DNA from: Thermoproteota archaeon
Lineage (GTDB): Archaea; Korarchaeota; Korarchaeia; Korarchaeales; JAOZGB01
Length of the DNA: 64,000 nt
Assembly: GCA_037917685.1 (NCBI GenBank)
Contig: JAVCBU010000014.1
Coordinates: 1 to 64,000 of the forward strand
Direction: 5' to 3'
Shown here one piece after another: positions 30,983-39,586 of the stretch. How positions within the stretch are numbered: the stretch's first letter is position 1; each line of letters opens with the position of its first letter. The translations under genes were made by a program, and so were the position numbers. The notes beneath the pieces are model-generated. The model saw nothing but the letters and a program-made list of their open reading frames with translations, was not told the DNA's origin and did no database searches.

Positions 30983-33385
30983 TTATTTTTTTAATTTTTT
31001 AAACCACCAGAAAGCTACAGGATCGAACTCTACAATATACACTTTGTATTTTTCCCAATGGTAGCCATCATTCCAATCATGCGTATACAATTCACTTTCA
31101 GGAATAGGATTTTTAAGTCTCCAATATCCAATGGCATACATCCACTTATTACCATCCCAATAAGGTGTGATACCATGTGTTATTGCCCAGTCTATCGCCG
31201 CTCTTGTAGGGATTCCTAGCACTTGCCCAATCGTGTTGACATAAAAACATGCGGGTAGACACGAAACCTTCATATTATCAATTTGAAGTGGTGTAGGATA
31301 AGGCCATTCTGTAATTGGGCCACCGCTATAAATAACTTTTCTATAAGCAAAATTCAGAATAGAATATACACTTACGTGCAACATTCCCTTGTACATTTCA
31401 TGTAAAGCTTTCAAATCTCCTATAGGTGTAACTATTATACTTTTAACATGATTAGGTTCAACGTACAGGCTACGATAAGCGGGGAAAAACGTATCAACAA
31501 CATTAACAAGTTCCCTTACTTTTAACTTTTTCAAATTAAACTTAGTCTCCTTCTTCTCATTTATGTTGACGAAGAAATTAGCCAAATCAGCAAGGTACTT
31601 ATCGTAATCAACCTTGCTGGGATAGACTTTTAGCTCATCGTCTTTCTTAACCGGATAATCCCAGACAACACTTAAAGCTATAGCCATATTCCCATAATCG
31701 TTAACATAGCTGGGTATAGCTTTCCTAACCACGTCAAGCAGTATGTACAAAGCAGCATCTGGGTAATCTTCAGAGCCAAAAGAATCAAAAAGCTTGCCAG
31801 TAAAACTGCAGTTGTAGAACAACCAAGCTAAGTTATCCCTTATAACATCAAAACCCTTCCCCTTCCCTTCAGCAAAAACAACGTAGCTCCTAACCTTTCC
31901 TATATCTCCTTTTCTCTCCAAATCCCTAACTTCATCGTTGGGGTCAAAGCTTACCGGTAACCCATCCTTATCCTTATCTATCAAAGGTTGCAACCCATCC
32001 GGCGTATAATTGCTATCCATATCCAAAGTTCCAAACGAAGTTTCCCTCCTGGTTTTCCCAGCAACTATAACAACCGTTTGTCCCTGCTTGAATACATCTT
32101 TCTTAACGAAAACAAAAGCTTTTCCGGGATTGTTGATGAGCAAGTACTTCTCAGTTGGATTCAAAATGTTCGAAGTTACGTTGCTTATTCCATAAGCAAG
32201 ATGACCTCCGAGTATTAACAAGTTCGAAGAGTTTGAAATCTTGCTAAAATCGGCAGAGCTGTTAACCCTTAAATAACGTATCTTAGCAAATTCAAGCTCA
32301 CCAGCAATTCTTTGCCCATTAAGCTTCCAATCTATATCGTTAGCAAGTATACCAACCTCTTCATCGTCCTGCTTTAAACACTTAACCTTGTTAAACGAAT
32401 TGCAACCACTCGTTTGATACAACTTCCCAGCCAAGTATCCACACACAGGTACAATTCCCTCAACGAGAAGTGGGAAAAGGCTGGATTTCTTTATCCCTTT
32501 AACGTAATCCTTAAACCTCTCCCACCAACTCTTCTTCTTTCTTTCAGCATCTCTAAAGGCCTCCCTTAATTCATACCTCAAAAGCAGGTAATCCATAAGT
32601 TCTTTTCCCCTATACTTTTTAAACCTCTTCCTTATCTCCTCAAACAAATCGTTCTCTTCATCGCTTTCAATTATAGTATCCAAAGAAACCAATTTACCAT
32701 CAACTTTAACGTACGTATCTTTAGGGCTCACCATGTACTCCTTACTACTTACCAAAAATCTTGACAGTTCAAGCGAGCTTACACCAAGCCCTTCGAATAC
32801 TTCCCTTATTTCGTCATAACTATCAGTCACTATAACTCTCCTGTGTGGGTCTATTACTGCTGTTAACTCGTCTCCACCTTTTTTGAAAAGTTTAAAATCT
32901 TTATGCTTGTATATCAGTAACCTACTATACCCATCTATCGAATGCTTCCTTGCATAGAACCCATCACCCAAAGCGTAGAGCCCATTATTCAAATCGTAAC
33001 TCTCTATTTTTAACCATAGCCTCTCTAAAGCAAACTCCGGCTCTTCCAAGGCTTTCAGATAGAATTTCCTCTTTTTCTCCCACTCCTCCAAACGCTCCTT
33101 TACAGCCCTTTCTATAATTCCTCTGTTCTCATCGAATTTTTTAATAACTCCCATTGGCAAGCCCAAGGTTCGTGAAGCCTCTTCAAGAAATTCCTTATCC
33201 TCCATTCCTGAAGCAACCCTCAAACTTTCAACGTAATCGTCACAACTTCCCCAAACCCCAACCATAGATTCGAAAAATTCTATAGGGGGTAAGCCAGATT
33301 TTTCCATCTCACCTATTGCAAAATTCAACAGCTCCCTGTCTAGGTCTAACAATGAGAACCTTCCAAACCCTTCTACAGGCATCAT
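30983..33385 (-). CDS. Large AT-rich hypothetical protein: charged N-terminal domain, central hydrophobic segment, S-layer-like domain, transglutaminase-like C-terminus
   Basis: ILGGHLA...IVAGKTRRET; SC......LGIP......THG..YWDG.KW; Lys/Glu-rich and low GC. Confidence 0.65.
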   Translation of the reverse strand: MMPVEGFGRFSLLDLDRELLNFAIGEMEKSGLPPIEFFESMVGVWGSCDDYVESLRVASGMEDKEFLEEASRTLGLPMGVIKKFDENRGIIERAVKERLEEWEKKRKFYLKALEEPEFALERLWLKIESYDLNNGLYALGDGFYARKHSIDGYSRLLIYKHKDFKLFKKGGDELTAVIDPHRRVIVTDSYDEIREVFEGLGVSSLELSRFLVSSKEYMVSPKDTYVKVDGKLVSLDTIIESDEENDLFEEIRKRFKKYRGKELMDYLLLRYELREAFRDAERKKKSWWERFKDYVKGIKKSSLFPLLVEGIVPVCGYLAGKLYQTSGCNSFNKVKCLKQDDEEVGILANDIDWKLNGQRIAGELEFAKIRYLRVNSSADFSKISNSSNLLILGGHLAYGISNVTSNILNPTEKYLLINNPGKAFVFVKKDVFKQGQTVVIVAGKTRRETSFGTLDMDSNYTPDGLQPLIDKDKDGLPVSFDPNDEVRDLERKGDIGKVRSYVVFAEGKGKGFDVIRDNLAWLFYNCSFTGKLFDSFGSEDYPDAALYILLDVVRKAIPSYVNDYGNMAIALSVVWDYPVKKDDELKVYPSKVDYDKYLADLANFFVNINEKKETKFNLKKLKVRELVNVVDTFFPAYRSLYVEPNHVKSIIVTPIGDLKALHEMYKGMLHVSVYSILNFAYRKVIYSGGPITEWPYPTPLQIDNMKVSCLPACFYVNTIGQVLGIPTRAAIDWAITHGITPYWDGNKWMYAIGYWRLKNPIPESELYTHDWNDGYHWEKYKVYIVEFDPVAFWWFKKLKK

Positions 33386-33789
33386 ATCCCCACTACTCTT
33401 TAGCTATTAAAACACAAATTTATATTGAAAACACAAATTTAAAGCTCACCACCATGCGATATAAGTGTGTGTAAACATTCGAAACATTCGAAACAGCATG
33501 GAGATACTCCAAGAAATGGTAGCATCTCTCCCCTTTTTAAGTCACTAGATAACATAGTGAAATATGTCATAACTTTCATTAAATCGTTATCTAATGACAG
33601 CCCAGACGCACTACCTGTCTTTAAATGTCTTTAAATGCTACATCGCGCGCAGCAACAACATAAAGGTTTTCTCACCCACAGATGATATCCTGCCATTAAC
33701 CTAAAAGAGTATAGTCATGAAGATCCTTGCGCCAAATTTATGTTACAACGAGAAAAGGAAACTCCAATTTAGGAATATTTATAAATGAA

Positions 33790-33816
33790 TACATGTATTA
33801 CATGTACTAAATGTAT
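33790..33816. promoter_or_regulatory. Three tandem 9-bp repeats (TACATGTAT/TACATGTAC/TAAATGTAT), probable operator
   Basis: Located between TATA-like TTTATAAA (33778-33785) and the start of an RHH-like gene. Confidence 0.55.
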
Positions 33817-33830
33817 TATGGGGTGATGGG

Positions 33831-34352
33831 ATGGGTGAGCCGGAGAAGAGGGAGGTAATAAGTATCCGGGGTATAGACAGGAATCTCTACTCAAGGGTCT
33901 TGCTACTTGCAAGGGAAACAGGGAAAACGGTGGGGGAAATATTGAATGAGGCGATGGATACATATCTAACCCTGAAGGAAAACCTGAAGGGAAGCATGGC
34001 GACATTGATAGATAAGCTTGAACAGTTAGGGGTGGAGTTTAAGGAGGGATTTAAGTCAGCTGCAAAACATGAAATCTCTGACTTAGATGAGCTTGTTGTA
34101 ACAAAGAAAGACTTAGAATACCTTAAAAACAATAAGGTATCCTTTAAGAGAATAAGAAGACTTATATTCTCGAAAGATGTGGATCCAGAAACCTTTGAGA
34201 GATATATAGACACAATAGCATTTTGCGGGGAGGTTGCGGCTCCCCCTCAACTACCCAAACTGCTAATCCTATCAAGATGTAGGCATGTTAACAGAATTTT
34301 AACAGCAACCGAGGAATACTTGGAGTTAACAGGCCTCTACGGCCAGGAATAG
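33831..34352 (+). CDS. Hypothetical protein with RHH-like N-terminus
   Basis: VISIRGIDRNLY...ARETGKTVGEILNEAM. Confidence 0.7.
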   Translation: MGEPEKREVISIRGIDRNLYSRVLLLARETGKTVGEILNEAMDTYLTLKENLKGSMATLIDKLEQLGVEFKEGFKSAAKHEISDLDELVVTKKDLEYLKNNKVSFKRIRRLIFSKDVDPETFERYIDTIAFCGEVAAPPQLPKLLILSRCRHVNRILTATEEYLELTGLYGQE

Positions 34353-34465
34353 CCCGTGGCTACCAACTATGGAGTAGATTTATCAGTGCTGTGAACGAAC
34401 CTTAGTGTTTAAGTGCCCTGGAAGACACCATATTAAGAGCAAATCTTAGATTATGAATAGACTCA

Positions 34466-34630
34466 TTAACAGCCCACAATTTCAAGGAGCTCCATTAAAT
34501 TCCTAATCTCATGGTCCGGTTTTTCGAATTCATTAGTGGCTCTTGAGCTGCCATTAAACCCCTCTTCATCCGCTAGGGTAGATCCCCAGTCGAAGAAGAC
34601 CCACCTCAAACCAGAAAGTCTCGGGGCCAT
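34466..34630 (-). pseudogene. HAD hydrolase remnant, in-frame internal deletion (54 aa)
   Basis: MAPRLSGLRWVFFDWGSTLADEE (motif I-like) joined to KPDHEIRNLMELLEIV (HAD C-terminus). Confidence 0.65.
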
Positions 34631-34738
34631 TCTAAGCACCAAGCATATCTTACTTTCCTTATATTCAAATTTTAGGTTATACGTAAAGCATTGTTGAAGG
34701 CGATAGAGGATTTTAAGAGGATTACTGTTAATGTAGAG

Positions 34739-35590
34739 CTATATGTGGAGTATTGTTCTCGCTATCAACCCTATTATGAATGATACGGTTGCCACCCCTA
34801 GGCTTACTGTCAGCATTTCCAAGAACATTTTCTTCATATCTCGGTCCTTTACAACCGAAACAAAGAAGGAGAATGCTGCTATAATTATGATGCTTACTGT
34901 AAGCGTGGCCGAAAGAGCTGTTAGAGGACTTTCAGCTACGAAATAAGGGGACACCAGTAGTATTACCGTGATTATATAGGCTATTCCCGTGTAAAAGGCT
35001 GCTTTTCCCGGCTTTTCCTCACCCTCGGACTTTCTCGACATGTACTCGGAGGAGGCCATCGATATGCTTGCAGCTACCCCAGTAATTAAACCTGCAACAC
35101 CTATTAGAAGTGGTTTGGGAAGAGTGAATGTCAAACCGGCTAGGGCGCCAGTAAGCTCGACAAGGGCATCATTCAAACCTAGAACCATCGAGCCAATGTA
35201 GCTTATCTTCTCCTCCTCAATCATATCAGCAAGTTTCTCCTCATGCAGCTCTTCCTCCCTATAAATAGTGGCAATACGGGGATACTTTCCCATCAGAATA
35301 GAGTAAGCGTTCTGAGCAGACTTTTCCCCCCTCTCCATAAGCTTAATAGCAAAGGTAAGCCCGAAAACCATCGCTAGCAGAGAGTATAGCCAGATCTTAA
35401 GCCTGCTGGGGGAAACGTCCCTGCCTGAGTACTCCTTTAAAATTTGGTAATGCCTTAACTCGTCATCGGCAATGCCGATAAGTACGCCTCTATTTTCCCC
35501 CTCTGACCTCCCGGCAAGCTTCAAATACACATAGTGCTCTGTGATTTCATCCTTCTGCGCTTCCAGTATCATGTCAACTTTACTTTTCAT
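34739..35590 (-). CDS. VIT1/CCC1 iron transporter with N-terminal rubrerythrin-like domain
   Basis: DELRH, EELHE, VLGLNDALVELTG, SMASSEY. Confidence 0.9.
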   Translation of the reverse strand: MKSKVDMILEAQKDEITEHYVYLKLAGRSEGENRGVLIGIADDELRHYQILKEYSGRDVSPSRLKIWLYSLLAMVFGLTFAIKLMERGEKSAQNAYSILMGKYPRIATIYREEELHEEKLADMIEEEKISYIGSMVLGLNDALVELTGALAGLTFTLPKPLLIGVAGLITGVAASISMASSEYMSRKSEGEEKPGKAAFYTGIAYIITVILLVSPYFVAESPLTALSATLTVSIIIIAAFSFFVSVVKDRDMKKMFLEMLTVSLGVATVSFIIGLIARTILHI

Positions 35591-35755
35591 CCTGCTTTAA
35601 TTATGCCTAGAATGTTTTAATTCCTGGTCTAGGATAACCGTGGTAATATAACATTTGGACGGATTTGTCTAATGCATAGTGAATATGAGCATCGGCTGCT
35701 TATCAGTTGGCGTTACGTTTAAATTGGAGTAAAGCGCAGTCTCAACAGAATATTA

Positions 35756-36910
35756 ATGGGTGTGGAACGTTATTTTAATGGTTCACTTAGGATTCTGGCT
35801 GTGATAGCTTTGATTATCTTAGCCTGGGACGCCCCTCAATTGTCTAGCTTTGACTATACCATGATTACCGGTGATTTTAAGGTTCTAGGCTTTATGCCCT
35901 ACTGGATTCTGAACTACACGCCAAGATATGAGTATCTAAACTACATCGCATGGTTTGCAGTTGAGGTTAATGGACAGGGTGAAATAGTAGATTTACATGG
36001 CTGGCCGCCTACCGAACTCATCGAAGAGGCCCATCATCACAATGTTAAAGTAATGCTCACAGTAGCCTGCTTCCACTCTGACTCCATAGACAGAATATTA
36101 GCATATAACTCGGAGAAGCTTTCCCAGAGATTACTCCAGATTATTCGGGATGGTGACGGTATTGTAATTGATTTTGAGGGAGTTCGCAAGGTTAACTCCT
36201 ACACAGGGATGGAGAACATGGCTTTACTTGCCAATTTTATGAGGACTCTAAAGGGCATGTTGAAAAATGCAAGTCTAAGCCTTCAAACATGTATCTGCCT
36301 TCCACCTGTCGACTGGAATGGCGTATTTAACTGTACAGTACTTACGAACTATGTTGACATGTTCTTCATAATGGCCTACGATTATCACTGGAAGTACGAT
36401 TCTGTCTCAGGACCAGTAAGCCCATTTGAAGGTGAAGAGTACTGTGTAAAGCATACATTAGACTATTATCTTGAGCAGGCTCCCCCTTCAAAGTTCATAC
36501 TTGGCCTTCCACTATACGGGTGGGACTGGCCTACTAAAACAGATAGGAAACACTCAGAAACTCTTGGACCAGGCAGTCCAGTCGTCCTCAGGGATGCTGT
36601 TAGGAAAGTTGAGATCTACGGTCGTAGATGGGATTATGAGACGAAATCGGCATGGTACGCGTACAAGAAGGATGGTGTTTGGCATCAATGCTGGTATGAA
36701 GATCCAGAATCGTTAATGCTCAAGTATAGGCTTGCGAAAAGCAGAAGGCTTGAAGGGGTGGGTTTCTGGGCGCTTGGCTTCGAAGGAGACATTACAGAGA
36801 TCTATGAGGCATTACCGAACGGGACGGTGAATCCTAACCCGCTCGGGTGGAGTTCAGAGGATCAAACCGAGCATGGCATTTATACACGTTACCAGAACAT
36901 TGAGGCGTAG
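35756..36910 (+). CDS. Glycoside hydrolase family 18 protein, secreted
   Basis: DGIVIDFE, MAYDYH, LGLPLYG, GVGFWALG; signal peptide. Confidence 0.88.
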   Translation: MGVERYFNGSLRILAVIALIILAWDAPQLSSFDYTMITGDFKVLGFMPYWILNYTPRYEYLNYIAWFAVEVNGQGEIVDLHGWPPTELIEEAHHHNVKVMLTVACFHSDSIDRILAYNSEKLSQRLLQIIRDGDGIVIDFEGVRKVNSYTGMENMALLANFMRTLKGMLKNASLSLQTCICLPPVDWNGVFNCTVLTNYVDMFFIMAYDYHWKYDSVSGPVSPFEGEEYCVKHTLDYYLEQAPPSKFILGLPLYGWDWPTKTDRKHSETLGPGSPVVLRDAVRKVEIYGRRWDYETKSAWYAYKKDGVWHQCWYEDPESLMLKYRLAKSRRLEGVGFWALGFEGDITEIYEALPNGTVNPNPLGWSSEDQTEHGIYTRYQNIEA

Positions 36911-36944
36911 AATAACATTTTAAACCTTCGAGCCGTATTTTGAA

Positions 36945-38654
36945 GTGATGAAATTAAAGATCACCACATTATTTCTAGCTACAGTCCCTCTAATCCTCCT
37001 GGCTGGAGCCTGCCTTCAGAAGACTTACTGGATAGAAAAGTATAGGGTTGATGTTGAAATTAAGATGCAGGGGCATCTGAAAGTTTCAGAGCTTATAACA
37101 TTCGCTTTTAAGGGAGGAATTTTCACATATGCTTATAGAAGTATCCCTCTAAGAGGGATATATTCCATTGTAAACGTCACTGTTACATCTGATGGCCAGC
37201 TCCAAGACTTCACAGTTTTAGAGGAGCATGACAGAGTAAATATTAGATGGGAGTATCCACCTGTAGACGCAACCTACCAAACCATTTACCGGACTTTTAA
37301 CATAACCTACACTGCAACCTACGTGGTGAAGGTTAAGGGTGATCTCAACATTCTAGACTTTCAGGCTATAGGAGAAGAATGGACAGTCCCAATCAGAGAC
37401 GTTGAGATAAACATTCTATTTCCCGAAGGAGTACATAATATCTACCCTCATGAAGATATAGCAGGGGACATGTATACTGAAACAGTTCATGGTAGAATCG
37501 TGGCACACATCAACTATCCCTACCTTGAACCCGGCGAGGGATACCGGGTCTACATCTCATTCCCTAAGGTCATAGAAGCTGAAAAAACATTATCCAAAAA
37601 GTTTACCTTACATGTGACGGACCTAGGCATGGTGGCAATGCTCTCTTCTATTATAGCGATCACGGCATCCCTGATCATCGTAGGTAAAAATAGGCTACTG
37701 AGAGGGGAAACAGGCTACGTCACGGACTCTGAACCTCCGCTTAATCCCCCAGAGGCTGGTGCTCTGATTGGAGGATGGTATAACCCGGTAGTGCTTGCTT
37801 CTGCAATATTTGACCTTGCGAGAAAGGGATATCTAAATTTTACGGTTAGAGTTTCGAGGAAAAGGACGCTTTTCAGCGGGAAAAAGATGAAAGTGGACCT
37901 CACCATTGTTCCAACCGGAAAGGATGATAGTGAGCTCAAAGACTATGAAAGAAACATCCTCTCAAGGATAGGAGCTGGTGTCGGCCGGGAAGAACTGAAA
38001 AAGCTTGGGAAGGATGCAAGAGAGATCCTCCAGCCGATAAATAGGGAGTTCGTGGAGAAAGGTTTCTATGTAAAGAGGAGGTACCCACGTCAATCCCTAG
38101 CTGCGGCATTCATAGCTTGCACCATACCATCCATCTGCCTCCTGTATAAAGGAGTAGTAAGTATGGACTTTCTACTCATCATAGCTGGAGTTTTATGGGA
38201 TGCTGCCTTCTCTATACTACTTATCGATATGATAATCCCTGTACTCTCGCAGAAGGCTAAACACCTTAGAGCCCAGACGAAGCTTTACCTGGAGAAGCTT
38301 GAGAAACAGGTGGAAACGGCGATGGAGGCCTCCCCCTACTCCGCGCTAGAATTGATTAAAGATAAGATCCAATGGCTTGTACTAACCCGTAACCCTGTAG
38401 GATGGCTGAAGAACATCCTAAAGAGGTTAGAGAAGCAAATCCTAAGCCTCCGATTGCCTGACTACATAAGGGTGGAGTATGAGAGGGGATTAGCAATCCC
38501 CTCAGCAGCTATAGCAACCGTAGTCCTCCTCGAAGCATACAGGCAGACAGTATCCTACGTGTACAGCGGTGTAGGAGCGGCCGGGGGAGGAGTAGGGGCA
38601 GCAGGCGCAGGAGCTGGCGGAGGAGCCGGCGGGGGAGGGGGAGGTGCAGGCTAA
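36945..38654 (+). CDS. DUF2207 membrane protein
   Basis: V.E.ITF, IG..W..PI, IFDLARKGYL, Gly-rich C-terminus. Confidence 0.82.
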   Translation: MMKLKITTLFLATVPLILLAGACLQKTYWIEKYRVDVEIKMQGHLKVSELITFAFKGGIFTYAYRSIPLRGIYSIVNVTVTSDGQLQDFTVLEEHDRVNIRWEYPPVDATYQTIYRTFNITYTATYVVKVKGDLNILDFQAIGEEWTVPIRDVEINILFPEGVHNIYPHEDIAGDMYTETVHGRIVAHINYPYLEPGEGYRVYISFPKVIEAEKTLSKKFTLHVTDLGMVAMLSSIIAITASLIIVGKNRLLRGETGYVTDSEPPLNPPEAGALIGGWYNPVVLASAIFDLARKGYLNFTVRVSRKRTLFSGKKMKVDLTIVPTGKDDSELKDYERNILSRIGAGVGREELKKLGKDAREILQPINREFVEKGFYVKRRYPRQSLAAAFIACTIPSICLLYKGVVSMDFLLIIAGVLWDAAFSILLIDMIIPVLSQKAKHLRAQTKLYLEKLEKQVETAMEASPYSALELIKDKIQWLVLTRNPVGWLKNILKRLEKQILSLRLPDYIRVEYERGLAIPSAAIATVVLLEAYRQTVSYVYSGVGAAGGGVGAAGAGAGGGAGGGGGGAG

Positions 38655-38723
38655 GACTGCCCCCTAAAAGCCGGGGGTTTAACTTCGATATACTATTAAC
38701 TTTCGAAGCGGTAGTATACCATT

Positions 38724-39497
38724 GTGAGACTGGAAGTCGCCACTTTCAATGTGAACTCGATTAGGCAGAGGCTTCACATAGTTATACCATGGCTTATCAG
38801 GAATAAGCCTGACATTTTCTGCATGCAGGAGACAAAGGTCTCGGATGAGATGTTTCCTGAGGAGCCCTTCAGGAATATAGGATACCACGTGGCCTATAGG
38901 GGGTATGGAGGATACAACGGTGTAGCCATAGCCTCCCGTAACAATCTCAAAGATGTATCCTACGGTCTTTACGGCTCCGATGAGGATAGGCTTATAAGAG
39001 GAGAATACGGGGAAGTTAAGATAGTGAATACATACGTTCCCCAGGGCTATAAGATAACAAGTGAAAAGTACAGGTACAAGCTTGAATGGCTCAGGAGGCT
39101 GAGAAGGTTCTTCGAAGAAAACTACAAGCCTGACGACCTACTTTTATGGTGTGGAGACATGAACGTCGCCCCAGAGGAGATAGACGTCCATGACCCGAAG
39201 GGGTTGAGAAATCATGTCGACTTCCACATTGCAGCGAGACACCTGTACAAGAAGGTCTTAGAATGGGGTTTCATAGACATATTCAGGAAGCATCACCCTG
39301 GCGAGCCTGGTCAGTACACATTCTACGATTATAGGGGTAAAGATAATGTAGCTAGGGGTAAAGGTTGGAGAGTTGACCACATCCTGGCAACAAGACCACT
39401 AGCAGAGAAATCCGTCGACAGCTATATAGACCTAAAATCAAGGCTGATGGAGAAGCCGTCGGACCATACCATACTAGTGGCGGAGTTTGAACTATAA
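38724..39497 (+). CDS. xth: Exodeoxyribonuclease III / AP endonuclease
   Basis: TFNVNSIR, MQETK, YNGVAI, YVPQG, GDMNVAP, GWRVDH, SDH. Confidence 0.95.
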   Translation: MRLEVATFNVNSIRQRLHIVIPWLIRNKPDIFCMQETKVSDEMFPEEPFRNIGYHVAYRGYGGYNGVAIASRNNLKDVSYGLYGSDEDRLIRGEYGEVKIVNTYVPQGYKITSEKYRYKLEWLRRLRRFFEENYKPDDLLLWCGDMNVAPEEIDVHDPKGLRNHVDFHIAARHLYKKVLEWGFIDIFRKHHPGEPGQYTFYDYRGKDNVARGKGWRVDHILATRPLAEKSVDSYIDLKSRLMEKPSDHTILVAEFEL

Positions 39498-39586
39498 ACC
39501 TGCACCACCCGCATGGGCTTTCCGCTTATAGTAGAAATGTTGATGCTCCTCAGATTCTAAGATAACTTGGTTGTTCACTCTTTATA

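Noticed and set aside
33400-33830. CRISPR array or iteron origin
   Set aside because: The repeats are 9-14 bp, mutually unrelated, and lack regularly spaced unique spacers.
38570-38654. G-rich low-complexity repeat
   Set aside because: It encodes the ordinary Gly-rich C-terminus of DUF2207 proteins.
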